Part shown: piece after piece, positions 38,262-50,698 of the stretch
Numbering within the stretch: position 1 is the first letter of the stretch
How the letters are laid out: each line of letters begins with the position of its first letter
Source of the DNA: Chiloscyllium plagiosum
Lineage: Eukaryota
NCBI RefSeq assembly: GCF_004010195.1
Contig: NC_057718.1
Span: 66,349,351 to 66,413,350 of the forward strand
Reading direction: 5' to 3'
Length of the DNA stretch: 64,000 bases
The notes under the pieces: generated by a model
Told to the model about the DNA's origin: nothing
Seen by the model: the letters and a program-made list of their open reading frames with translations, nothing else
Database searches by the model: none
Translations under genes and position numbers: made by a program

Positions 38262-38720
38262 AGTTGAGAGTGTATTGCTGGAAAAACCAGCAGGTCAGGC
38301 AACATCTGAGGAGCAGGAGAATAGACGTTTCAGGTATAAGCCCTTCATCAGTAATGAGGCATGTGGGTCGGGGCTGAGAGATAAATGGGAGGGAGATGGC
38401 GAAGGTAGCTGGGAATGTGATAGGTGAGGGAGAAGATGATAGGTCAGAGGAGGGAGTGATGGACAGGTCCGGAGGGCAGTGCCAAGTTGAAGGCACTGGG
38501 ATAATTTTTGGGGAGGGGAAATGAGGAAGCTGTTGAAATCCATGTTTATCCCGTGTGGTTACAGGGTCCCAAGGCTGAATGAGGCGTTCCTCCTCCAGGC
38601 GTTGAGTAGTAACCGTTTGGTGGTAGAGGAGGCCCAGTACTTGCATGTCCTTGGTGGAGTGGGAGGGGGAGTTCAAATGTTCAGTCCGGGGTGGTGGGGT
38701 TAGTGGTGTAGGTGAATGCA
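38262..38720 (-). mobile_element. Penelope family 1 3' end (antisense) with a hammerhead motif at about 38319-38355
   Basis: ORF 38254..38754 HSTKDMQVLGLLYHQTVTTQRLEEERLI; minus strand atta-CTGATGA-A-GGGC-ttat-ACCT-GAAA-CG-TC-tatt. Confidence 0.85.
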
Positions 38721-39473
38721 AAACCTTCACCACCACTAATGTCAGAAAACTCAACCAATCTGAAACATTGAGAACTTAATAGCAAATGTTTAACCTCCCA
38801 CCAATTGGGAAACATAAATTTGCCTCCTGACATTCCCCACCAACCCACCTTAAAAACCCCATGTGGACCTGGAAAGTTCTGATTTTTGCGAAGAATACGG
38901 GATCATTTTTTGTTTGGAAGTATAGGAGTAGAAAAACATCGAAGATCTGCTAAACCCTTTAAAATCGTTAAGACGCACTGGAGTATTGTATCTGATTCTG
39001 GACAACTCACTTAATCGCTTTGGAGAGGATACAGTGCAAATTTACTGGAGTAACACTGGGAGGGGGGTACTTTTGTACGTATTTTGATTCAAAGGTTATA
39101 TTGCTTTGACATGGATAATATACATACTAAGTGAATGATGGCAGCCTTCCATTTTTTTGAAAATATCTCAATTTATATATTTGCATTTGCTTTGACTTTT
39201 AAAACCTGATCATCATTTGTGCTTTCAGTTCAGTTTTCTTAAATTTGCTTCTATTCTACTTTCCCTTACTTTTTCCAGATATGAGAGAGAGAGTGTCTGC
39301 ATGTATTCAGGTGCATAGCTGTTATTAGTGAAATATTATCTTTACATTGCCAATGCGTAAATCATAATTGTTGGTTAAATGTATATGAAAAAATCTCATG
39401 TTAATAGTGCATTTATAAATTTTGTTTTATCTGTGTTTCTGCCATAATATTAAAAATCGTGTCAATTTTGCAG

Positions 39474-39909
39474 GACTCTAAATCCAAGGAAATAAGTGAA
39501 TATTGTGATAGTGGAATTGATGGCGTTACTGCAGACACTAGTTCTCCTTCCCAGGTGTCAAGTTTACTGTGGTCACCTGGCTTCAGCTATACATTGCCAC
39601 CAAGAAGTAACTCTACCAATGCAGTCGGTAATGACGTCTTGAGACAGAGCATTTATGAGAACTTTATGCGAGAGTTGGAAATGGGTCATATGTCTTTGGA
39701 AAATGCAGACCAGTCGACAGGAAGTGAGGAAACCAGCACTGATTCCTTCAGCTCTTTAGAACAATTGGATTTATTGTATGAAAAAGAACAGGGGTTTGTG
39801 CGAAAGGCCGGCTGGTTATCTTTTAAACCTCTTATTACACATCAGAAGGAGAGAAAATTGGAACTTGCACCCCGCAGAAAATGGAAACAGTATTGGGTTT
39901 CTCTTAAAG
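39474..39909 (+). CDS. TIAM2: TIAM2 coding exon 2 (436 nt; start of the N-terminal PH domain)
   Basis: ttttgcag|GACTCT ... AAAG|gtaatt; encodes LRQSIYENFMRELEM...SLEQLDLLYEKEQGFVRKAGWL...RRKWKQYWVSLKG; phase 0 to phase 1. Confidence 0.96.
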
Positions 39910-41194
39910 GTAATTACTGAGAGAAAAAAAATTTGATTATATAGTCTCTTACTATATTTTTGGATTAAGTCTGACAATTGGCCTTAATCGCATGACCATG
40001 TGATGGATACATTTTGAATCCAGATGCTGTTGGGTACTCCCCTCCAATCAAGAGCACTGTTTTGTTTCTAAGATGCAGTACTTAAACCTGCTGTCAGTAA
40101 TCCCAGTGTAGTCAAATGATGGCTGCAAGCTGTAACATAACTTCTGTCCCTTTGCTTATTAGTTCTCGAGACACAGAGATCGACATTTGTATTAACCTTT
40201 TAAAGCATTTTCTGTGTCTCTACATTTCAATAATCCATGTGCCTCCATCCATTTCTCACTGATAACTGCATCCTTGTGCAAAATGTTTCACCAGGGATAC
40301 CAGTTTTCCAGCATTTCGGAAGTCTTCTTTTCAAAATGAAACACCTTTTAACTTTTGCCTGCATTTTAAGTTCATTCACCAGTTTTGCCTATTTGTTTAT
40401 CTGTTACTATATTTATAATTGTATGCTTCTATTTCCACAGCTGCCTGTCATTTTTAACATGAGCAAACTTGGATACATAGCTTTCCATCTTTTCATTTGT
40501 GATTAATAAATACACTGAGTCACAAAGTTGCAATGCAGATTCTTGTGCGACATCAAGAATGACATCCTACCAATGAGAGTACCTATCCATTATTCCTATT
40601 CCAATTCTGCCCTCTGCTGTTCAGACAATTCTTCACCAGATCAATAATTCTGTGGGAAAAATAATTTGATCTCACCTAAGAAATTGATTACCTTTCTGGC
40701 ATAAACTACTCTGGCTATCCTAATGTGTATGGAAGAACAAAGAGCAATGCAGTACATGAACAGGCTCTTTGGCCCTCCGAGCCTGCTCCACCACACATTG
40801 CCCTTCCAAACTAAAACTGTTAAAATTCCTCAATAAACTACCCCACCTATGTTTACTACAAAGTGTGATTTAAATATTCAAATGTTGTCAATATCTCTGA
40901 AAATGAAATGTTTGAAGCAGTGTCATTAAAAAAAAATATTCTGTAACCTGCTTCGAATAAACATGTAAAGCTGATTTATGGTCTTGCCTGGTTTAGCTGT
41001 ATCTGTGAATTTTTGGTTAATGAGCTGAATAATGCCTTGTTACCAAATCTCTTTCATCAGCATAGTATTTAATGCACAGGCCTGGTCTTTTAATTAAAAA
41101 TATTGGCAGAAAAACTATTATGGTTTTTCAGCCTTGTGTAGCTTTCAATCTTATACAGTGGAAAAATAAGAGGTCAGTACTCTGATATAAGCTG

Positions 41195-41860
41195 CTAAAT
41201 AGGAACTGGATTAGGCCTTTCAGCCCATCACACCTGCTCCTCCATTTAATTGTATCATGGTTGATTAGGTCCACATTTGATTGATTAGCTCCATGTTTGT
41301 TCCAAATCGCAACATTTCTTTTTGTTAAATAAGTACCACATCTTCAAGAATCCTTACCATTTGGGCAAGTGTGCTCTAGGATTAAAAGTGCTTCCTGAAC
41401 TTTAATTTCTGAATTGCATATCCACACCTTTTAAGACTATTTTTCCTGTTCTTGATTCTTCCCCATCAGAGGAAGTACTTTTTCTGGAACTTTGTTACCA
41501 AATTATGGTAATATATTGAACACCTCAAACAGATCACCACTTAGCTCATGTGATCTGAAGTCTAAGAGATTAAGTTCAAGCAGTTTATCTTCCAAGCGTA
41601 GCCTCCTAACATTTGGTGTCATTTTAGTCAACCTGCACCACAGATCCACCATTATCTTTCTCCCAAATTCTGATATCCACAATTAAACATGGTACACTAG
41701 ATAGAGTTTGGCAATGGCTATAGATAGCTTCAGGATGATTTCCTGTCCTTTGTGCTTCAGTTTCCTTCAGATAAAGGCAAATATTTCATTAGGCGTTTTG
41801 TACTGTTCATTAGCTGTGTGGTTAGATTGCCAAATTTCTATAGGATAAAAGAGAGGCCAT
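41195..41860 (-). mobile_element. old CR1 3' fragment
   Basis: ataggaactggattaggcctttcagccc tail; decayed RT-end motifs. Confidence 0.55.
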
Positions 41861-42251
41861 CTGGGGTATGCCATTGCAAGTCTCAAAAGAATTATCGAGG
41901 CAAATACATTTTTCAGCTCTTGACCTATAACTTTAAGTACATATTCAATATGTTTTAAATGCGATGAGAGTTTCCAACTCTACCAGACTATCAGGAATGG
42001 AATTATGTAGTTCCTCATTTCTCACTATTTAGGGAGTACTTTGATTCATCCTTCCTCATCCCAAAATAATTTTTCTCACTCTTAGCTATTTTGAATTCTC
42101 TCTGGTTTGTCCACTGGATTAATCTGACTTTATTGCTTTTGAACTCTTATGTCTGGGCTATTTTTTCTCCCTCCTAACTTGGTGCCATCTGCAGAGTTGG
42201 ATATGCAATTCCGTATTCTGGTATCACAGTCATTCATGAAAAGAATCTTCA

Positions 42252-42590
42252 TGGTGACTCAGTGGTTAGCACTGTTGCCTCGGTTCTAGGGTTTGATACC
42301 AGCCTCTGGTGACTGTCTGTGCGGAGTTTGCGCATTCTTCGCATGTGTGCATGGTTTCCTCCAGGTGCTCCAGTTTCCTTCCATAGTATAAAGATGTGCA
42401 GATTAGGTGTACTGGTCATGATAAATTGTCCATAGTGTCGAGGGAAGTGTAGGCTGGGTGAATTAGCCCCAGGAAATGCAGGGTTACGGGGCTAAAGTAG
42501 GGAGGTGGGTCTGGGTGGGATGCTCTTTGGAGGGTCAGTGTGAACCCAATGGGCCGAATGGTCTGCTTCCACATTGTAGGAATTGAATGA
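42252..42590 (+). mobile_element. HE1-type V-SINE (diverged)
   Basis: tggtgactcagtggttagcactg head, V-core, tail. Confidence 0.88.
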
Positions 42591-43592
42591 TGCTATAAAT
42601 GCCGCAATCCGAGTATCTACCTCTTATTCATCATCTATTTCCCATCTTCCAACAAAATTCTAACTTAAATAAAAAGGCTATTTCTGATTCCATACATACT
42701 GATTATATTTTTATTCATTTGAGATCTTAGTGTTACTTGCTGGATCAACATTTATTGCCAATCTCTAGATGCCCATGAGGAGCTGATACATTATACCATT
42801 ACAGTCCATTTGCTTTAGGTTTACCTATATTTTGCTGATTATCTTTTGTGTTGAACCTGTATTGAGTGCATTCTGGAAGCCTGTATTTGATAGTATCCAT
42901 AGATTTATGTGACTTGGAAACGCAATCAACTAGATTTCAAGGAACTATTTTGGCTCTCCATTAAACTTGCTGATGAATTATGCAAAATTAAATTTCCACT
43001 TGACAGCAATCTAGACCTGTAAGCCTCCTATTTATTTGCAAATACTTGACCCCTCTGTCCAATAACTAGTCAATATAAATTTAAGTTTTAATTTGGTTTC
43101 CATCACTTTTATAATTTCGAAAGTATTCAAACTTGAGAGTTAGACGCATTAATGACTTAATGTCAAAGCACTAGGCTCTAGTGACACAATTAGATTGACA
43201 ATGCATTTGGATAATAAAAATGTCTACTACACCAAGTGAAGGAATAAATAACTTTTGTTCTATGTACTTGCTGACCCCAAAATACTTTGTCTATTTTGGT
43301 CAGTGTTTTTACAAGAAGAACAAAGAAATGCCCATATTTTGCAATGACAGCAAAACAATGGACATACAAATGCAAGCTTAGATTTGAGTTTTGGAGGGAA
43401 GTCTACAGGAATTAGTGAACTAATTGAAATGTGAAGTTTTTAAAAAAAGTATTACATTATCACCTATTAGTGAAGGCAAGGAACTATTAGGTTTATTTAC
43501 CTCCATGTAATTTTCTGTTGTTAGTTTATGAAACAGATTTGTAAAATTGTTATTTCACCAAACATGCATTTTTTTCTCCTCTTTTCTTAAAG

Positions 43593-43765
43593 GTTGCACC
43601 CTACTATTTTATGAAACCAGTGGGAAAAACCTCATGGAGCAGAACAGCGTCCCCAGATATGCTTTATTTGCCGAAGATAGCATAGTGCAGCCTGTACCGG
43701 AACATCCCAAGAAGGAAAATGTGTTCTGCCTCAGTAATGCTTTTGGGGATGTTGTCTTATTTCAG
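43593..43765 (+). CDS. TIAM2: TIAM2 coding exon 3 (173 nt; PH domain)
   Basis: polypyrimidine tract + aaag|GTTGC ... TTTCAG|gttttt; encodes CTLLFYET...ALFAEDSIVQPVPEHPKKENVFCLSNAFGDVVLFQ; phase 1 to phase 0. Confidence 0.95.
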
Positions 43766-45229
43766 GTTTTTCCTTACTATTTACTTATTTAATAATGTGG
43801 CTCACCCAAAATGCAAAGGTACCTATAAAGGAGAGAAGAACTACTGCTAATATACTGCTAGATTTAAAATGTTTTATTTAAAAACTTAAAAACAACCTGT
43901 GAATCCTTAATGTAAAATTTATCATAATGTCCTTCATGAATGAATGACTTCATGGGTTGATTGATCAGAAATTAAGGAATCTAATAACATTATTTAGGGA
44001 ATCTGCAAACAAAATCTAGGGAGGCTAAATATTCCTCTCTCTGGATATAGTATCTTAATCCCTCCAAATATTTTGAAATCTTTTCAGAATTTAGATATGT
44101 ACAGTCGCAAATGTGTTGTAAAATAGAAGACTGAATGTGTTTGCAATAATATGACATAATTATGGTTGTAATGAAAGTTAAAAAATAAGAAAGATTCATG
44201 CAAGAGTATTAATCTGTAAACCATATCAAAGAGTAAGTTGGCCTTAAACTGAAACACTTTGACAGCATGTTCTTCATGAATTCCAGTTCTTAAAGTCATA
44301 ACATAAAAGTCATGTTATTTCCTTGTGGAGTTCGTAACTTGAGATGTTTCTTCATTTGATATTTGGTCTGCCACATCAAATGCCAGTGAACGTCAACTTA
44401 TAAGCTAGAATTTTACAGCCCACTGGTGGAAGAATGCCATGTTGGGGAAATGGAGGCTGTACAATTTGGTGCTATACTGACAGTGCCCTGGTGCCAAGAC
44501 ACTACCAATGTAGTGGCCTGTGGGTGAATTGCTTATTAGCTACTTAAGAGCATCCTTCTTCACCACTATTAATTTTAGCAACAATAGACGAGTATGACAC
44601 TGTCCAGCATGTTAAGTGAAACCTGGTGAACTAGTGGCTGGGCAATGCCTATTTCTCAAGTTCTCTATTTCCATCACAAGTGTCTCCCCTCTTTCCCCCA
44701 ACCTCCAAGGAAAGCGCTCTCTCTCTTCTCATGTACCCACACCCTTATTTTTCCCTTCCTCTCCAACCTTGTCCACCCTGACATCCTCGACCTGGTGAAA
44801 CCCTGAGCAATGCTTTTTCTAGGCTTCTTTGCTGGAAGCCTTCATTGGGGACTATAACAGTCCCAACAATAACCACCAATCCTAGTGGTACTGCTGGCTT
44901 TCTAATTGGCCACCAGCTTGCTGTGGGTGGATGTCAATATCTAGGACTCTAAGTGGAAAAACATTCCTTATAAACTTCAGCATAAATATCTAGCATTGAA
45001 TATTTTAAGTTGTATTTTGTTCATATTTCTATTTTGCCATCTATTTGGCTTTATGCTTCTATCATCAATTCAATTCTTAGTCATAGTTGACCAATTATGT
45101 CTGTTCTCATTAATCAAAGTGATGAAAGTACAGTCGAGCAGCACTTACTCAGCAATAACCTACTTATTGACGATTGGTTTGAGGTCTGTCATGCATTTCG
45201 TGACTTCATTACAACCTTTTTTTTTTCAA

Positions 45230-45587
45230 ATGTGGACCAAAGAGCTGCACTCGGAAATGAGATTCACTGCCCTTGGTATCCAGGCATAGTTTAACTGAGT
45301 GTGGTATCAAGAAGCTTTAGCAAAACTGGAGTCACTGGTAATCAGGGAAAACTCGCCACTAGTTGGAGTTGTAGCTACTCAAAGAATAATACTTGCAATT
45401 GTTGGAGGTTCATAATCTAAGACATCAATGCCTGAGTTTCACAGGGAGTTTTAAAGTCTCAACCATCAGTGGCTTCATCACTGACCTTCTCTTCTTCAAA
45501 AGGTAGCAGTGAATCAGTTTGTTGATTGCACAATATTAAGCACTATTCAGATATTGAAGCAGTCAATGTTCATATGTAACAAAACCT
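45230..45587 (+). mobile_element. LINE family B RT fragment
   Basis: FTALGIQA*FN*VWYQEALAKLESL ... VSQG..; same family as 52520-53690. Confidence 0.65.
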
Positions 45588-46172
45588 GTGCTATTATCGC
45601 AGGACTGTTAATCTTCAGGACCCAAGTGGGGACGCGGGTTCAAATCTCACCACACCATTTATAAAAATCTGGAATTAAGAGCCCAATGCTGATAGCTGTA
45701 AAAGCCCATGTGACTCACTAATGTCCTTTTAGGGAAGGAAACTGCCATCCTTATCCAGTCTGGCTACCATGAGCTTCCAGACCTAAAGCATGGTGGCACA
45801 ATGGTTAGCACTGCTGCCTCTCGGTGCCAGAGACCAGGGTTCAATTCCTGCCTCAGGCAACTTTCTGTGTGGAGTTTGCACATTGTCTGTGTGGGTTTCA
45901 TCCCACAGTCCAAAGATGTGCAGGTTAGGTGAATTGGCCATACTAAATTACCCATAGTGTTAGGTGAAGAGGTGAATGTAGGGGAATGGGTCTGGGTGGG
46001 TTACTCTTCGGAGGGTCGTGTGGACTTGTTGGGCCGAAGGGCCTGTTTCCACACTGTAAGTAATCTTAAAAAAAAACAATGTGGTTGCCTCTTAAGTGTT
46101 CTGTGGACAATTAGGGATAGGTAATAAATGATGGCCTAGTCAGTGACGCCTTCATCCTGTGAATGAATTAAA
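45588..46172 (+). mobile_element. tRNA-derived SINE family B, split by an HE1 insertion
   Basis: B box gggttcaaatctc (about 45636), actaatgtccttttagggaaggaaactgccatcc, resumes at 46078 and ends gtgaatgaattaa. Confidence 0.75.
45788..46077 (+). mobile_element. HE1-type V-SINE nested in SINE-B
   Basis: tggtggcacaatggttagcactgctgcc head; tail ccacactgtaagtaatct + A run. Confidence 0.93.
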
Positions 46173-46218
46173 AGTAAGTTTAACGAATTAAGGTCTAATT
46201 ATTCTGTCTGATTTCTAG

Positions 46219-46443
46219 GCTACAAGCCAGACTGACCTCGAAAACTGGGTTACAGCAATACATTCTGCCTGTGCATCAGTGTTTGCAAAGCAACATGGGA
46301 AAGAAGATACAATCAAGTTACTAAAAAATGAAACCAAAAACTTCATGCAGAAGATCGATATGGATGGAAAAATGAAGAAAATGGCTGAGTTACAGCTGTC
46401 TATTGTAAATGATCCCAAAAACAGAAAAGCTATTGAAAATCAG
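46219..46443 (+). CDS. TIAM2: TIAM2 coding exon 4 (225 nt; PH C-terminal helix and coiled coil)
   Basis: tttctag|GCTACA ... AATCAG|gtattc; encodes ATSQTDLENWVTAIHSACAS...KIDMDGKMKKMAELQLSIVNDPKNRKAIENQ. Confidence 0.96.
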
Positions 46444-47598
46444 GTATTCTTAGATCTTATTGTTGACATCATCCTTTTGAAGGACTTCAAGTTGCAAATT
46501 TATTTATTTTGGGGAGTGCATGCTCGTGTGGGAGCACAAGATGCAAACTTTTATAATCAGCTAGTTCTTTGTTTCAACAGCTAATGGATGTGTACCAGCA
46601 TTAGTGTTGTAATGCTGCACTTGTGCTTGATTGTGTAAAATGCTCTGAGCAGCTTCCAAATGTGTTTAATGCTAGGAATCTTCAGACTGAATATTTGTTT
46701 CAGAATTTTTGTAGCTTCTAAATCTGTTGATGTTAATCCCTCACCTCGGTGCATAGTCTTTGGATTTTCAATAGATAGCCAAATGTCGAAGAGTTAAAGA
46801 TAACTTACTGTCATCTTTTTGAGAAAGAAGGCAGGCTTGTCCGACAGGGAAACAACCTGTACTAGGGGAAGGCGAAATAGGGTCCATAGCCAGAGTAGGA
46901 TTTGAACCCATGCTATTGGCAGTGGTCTGGCGTTATAAAGTGATGGTAGATATTTCAATTTGTTTTCATCATGTGGCTGATCATGAGTCTCTCTGCCTCT
47001 TAACACCTGCCAATGGCATCTGTTGGAAGGATATACAAATTGATACTCAAACTTCTCCTGGAGTAGGACTTGAAACCGGAGTTTCTGTCTTAGAGATAGG
47101 ATTGCTAACTGTGGCATCAAAAGAACTCTCTAACTTAGTGTCAGGGAAATTACCCTCTTTGAATAGACCACACAAGCATGGATTGTGTGAAATTGACAAG
47201 CTGTTTATTACAAGCCATATGGCTGGAAGAGAAATTGACTAGGCTGACACTGTACAGGTAGACCAAGGGTTCTCTTCCTTGAGCAGTGGGCACAGGCAAT
47301 TTGAAAGGGGCACAGTAATGTGGTGTGAATTACAGAACAATCAAGAGTAAAACACTATGGGAGGACAATCAGCCGCCTGGTAGCAGCACTCAGTCCGTGT
47401 TTGATCAGGAGAATCTAATCCTTTGTGAGAGTAGGTGCTAATATCTCTCATCCTGGCATCAATGGGTTTCCATTGTGGTTAGTCCACAAGTGAGGTACCT
47501 TGGTGCCTTTCAATCTGAGCACCCTTTATGGAGTTTCAGTATGGAGCAAGGCTGCCCTTAGGGCTTGGGGAGCGATTGTGCTTATTGAAGGCTAGGAA

Positions 47599-48481
47599 GT
47601 GGACAGTGATAAAGGTTACCTCTGATTACAAGGGGATCTTGACCAGTTGGGCCAATGGGCTGAGAAGTGGCAGATGGAGTTTAATTTAGATAAATGCAAG
47701 GTGTTTCATTTTGGCAAAGCAAATCTTAGCGGGACTTATACACTTGATGGTAAGGTCCTAGGAAGTGTTGCTGAACAAAGACCTTGGAGTGCAGGTTCAT
47801 AGCTTCTTGAAAGTGGAGTCGCAGGTAGATAGATTAGTGAAGAAGGCATTTCATATGCTTGCCTTTATTGGAGCGAGTACTGAGTACAGGAGTTGGGAGG
47901 TCATGTTGCAGCTGTACAGGACATTGTTTAGGCCACTGTTGGAATATTGCATGCAATTCTGGTCTCTTTCCTATCAGAAAGATGTGAAACTTGAAAAGGT
48001 TCAGAAAAGAGTTACAAGGATGTTGCCAGGGTTGGAGGATTGAGCTAGAGGGAGAAGTTGAATAGGCTGGGGCAGTTTTCCCTGGAGCGTTGGAGGCTGA
48101 GGCGTGACTTCATCGAGGTTTATAAAATCATGAGGGGCATGGGTAGGGTGAATAGATAAGATCTTTTCCCCGGGATCGGGGAGTCCAGAACTAGAGGGCA
48201 TAGGTTTAGGGTGAGAGGGGAAAGATATAAAAGAGACCTAAAGGGCAACTTTTACACACAGAGGGTGGTACGTGTATGGAATGAGCTGCCAGAGGAAGTG
48301 GTGGAGGCTAGTACAATTGCAACATTTAAAAGGCATCTGGATGAGTATATGAATAGGAAGTGTTTGGAGGGATATGGGCTGGGAGCCAGCAGGTGGAACT
48401 AGATTGGGTTGGGATATCTGGTCGGCATGGACGGGTTGGACCAAAGGGTCTGTTTCCGTGCTGTACTTCTCTATGACTCTA
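47599..48481 (+). mobile_element. young CR1 (HER1-like), last 0.9 kb
   Basis: LQGDLDQLGQWAEKWQMEFNLDKCKVFHFG; ORFs 47765..48043 and 48211..48402; tail ctatgactcta. Confidence 0.94.
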
Positions 48482-48704
48482 AATCTATTGTCAGGCTGTC
48501 TAGGGAAGTGTATTCCCCAATCTGGAAGTTGCCTCATCACTTACTGTTTGCTTTCTCGTATCTTAGTTAGTCTGTTTGGTCAAGGCTGAGGCACTCTGAG
48601 TAGTTGCTGTTGTGGCTTAGGCAGACATGGTTCCTTATGCTCTTTGTGGCCATGCTGTGGGTGGACAGGGTAGTGGATTTTCTCCCACACTTTGCGTCTA
48701 ATAT

Positions 48705-49035
48705 ACAGAATACTGAATTACCTCGACAGAGTAGATGTTGGGAAGTTGTTTCCATGGGTGGGAGAAACTAGGACCTGAAGGCATAGCCTCAGAGTAAAAG
48801 GAAGACCTTTTAGAACAGAGATAAGGAGAAATGCCTTCAGCCAGAGAGTGATGCCACAGAAGGCTGTGGAGGCCAGGTCATTGAGGTAGATAGGTTCTTG
48901 AGTATCAAGGGGATCAAGGGCTATGGGTGAAAGCTGGAGAATGGGGTTGTGAAACCTATCAGCCATGATTTATTGGCAGAGCAGACTCAATGGGCTGAAT
49001 GGCTTAATTTCTGCTCCTCTGCCTTACAGTCTGAA
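48705..49035 (+). mobile_element. CR1 3' fragment
   Basis: HSLRVKGRPFRTEIRRNAFSQRV; similar to 37970-38250. Confidence 0.8.
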
Positions 49036-50187
49036 TTGTATATGTCTTTTTTTTTGTGAACCACTGTACAGTAGATGGGTTCAGACAAATAATGTGAAGA
49101 AACATCCTTGTTCACACATGATACCATCTCTGGGTCACTCGGTAATGAATGGAAAAAACAGTTAGCTCCAAAGTGAATGCTTTGAACGTTTAACTCTTGA
49201 TTGTTGTTTTTATGAGGAATATATTACTTTAGTTGATTTCATAATTCATAGTGTCAGATGTAAAGGAACAAATCAAAAGTAAAATGCCACATCTGTGTGT
49301 TGAAGCAAAACCACGTGTAGCTTTCACTGTGGCCCTGAGTCTGAACTTCAGTAATGTATGCTCAGTTCTTGATGACTGCCCTGTTATCTTACACTGCAAC
49401 AAGGAGAATGATATGTTTAATGTGATAGCGTAAAGTGAATAGGGGAAATTGCTGTTTCATGATACTCTTGTATTCAAACAGTTCTCTGGCTTAATTTTTC
49501 TTAAATGTTGAAGTAGGTAGTTGGCAGCCCTGTTGGGCACCAAATAAGTCTGCTGTTATTGAAAGATAAATATCTTTCATGCCAGCCCATGAAAATATTA
49601 AGGTCCACAGAGAAATTGATGTAGCGAGACTAGCCCGAGTATCTCAATCTACAGGATTTCCCCATTAACGTCAAGTATACAATTTGTGCCAGTAGGATAC
49701 AATTTGCAGCTAGTTTTATAGCTTATTGTCAGAAAAGTAATGATAGAAAACAAACTAAATAATTTTTTGGGTGCAATTGTTTACCAAGTTCTGTAACTGT
49801 TTGCTGCATAAATTTGTAATGGCTGTTGTGAAACTGCAAATGTTTTGATGCTTTGTAGTGTAGCGATGTTCACATTGAAATCTTTTTTAGCAATAACCCT
49901 AACAATGGGGCTTCTGTTTAATGAATTTGAGATCCAGATCTTTTCCTCTTTTGATTGCATTTATTTTGCTCATATAATTGGTTTCTGTCATGTCATGGAG
50001 TATTAGATGAGTTAAATAAAGTAAGAACCACAATGATTGATTGATTTTTTTTTTTTCTTTCTGTACAGTGCAAATTATTTGAAGAATAACTGAAATTGGG
50101 ACGAAAAGAAAGCAGAACTCAGGCCCTGCATTTTTGCCCAAGTATAATGCTATAATCACTAGTGTCCTATCATGTTAATGTTAAAAG

Positions 50188-50698
50188 TTACCAGTCTGAT
50201 TGCTCAAATAGCAGGACTGACATATGAAGAGAGACTGGATTAGTTAGGACTATATTCACAGGAGTTTAGCAGAATTGGGGGTTTGGGGGGGGGGGGGGGG
50301 GTGGGGAGGCGGGAGGAATCTCATAGCAGTCTCTCAAATTCTAAAAGGAGGAGTCAGGGTAAATGCAGAAACTATGTTCCTAATGCCTGAGCAGCCTATA
50401 ACCAGACTTTACAGTCTAAGGATAGAGGGTTAGGCCGTTTAAAACCAAAATGAGGAGAAAGCCCTTCACCCACAGAGTGGTGGACTGTGGAATTCTCTGC
50501 CACAGAAAGCAGCTAAGGCCAAAACATTGCTTTCAAAAAAGAGTAAGAAATAGTTATTAGGAATAAAGGGATCAAAGGGAACGGGAGAAAGCAGGAACCT
50601 AGTGCTGAGTTGGATGAAAGACCATGATCATATTGCATTGACAGAGTAGGCTCAAAGAGCCGAATAGTCTACTGCTTTTGTTTTTTATATTTCTATGT
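50188..50698 (+). mobile_element. CR1 3' fragment with an internal G-run expansion (about 50277-50315)
   Basis: GLTYEERLD*LGLYSQEF; FTHRVVDCGI; 3'UTR. Confidence 0.8.

Noticed and set aside
44400..44960. Possible non-autonomous DNA element starting gctagaattttacagccc
   Set aside because: No matching right-hand inverted repeat found.
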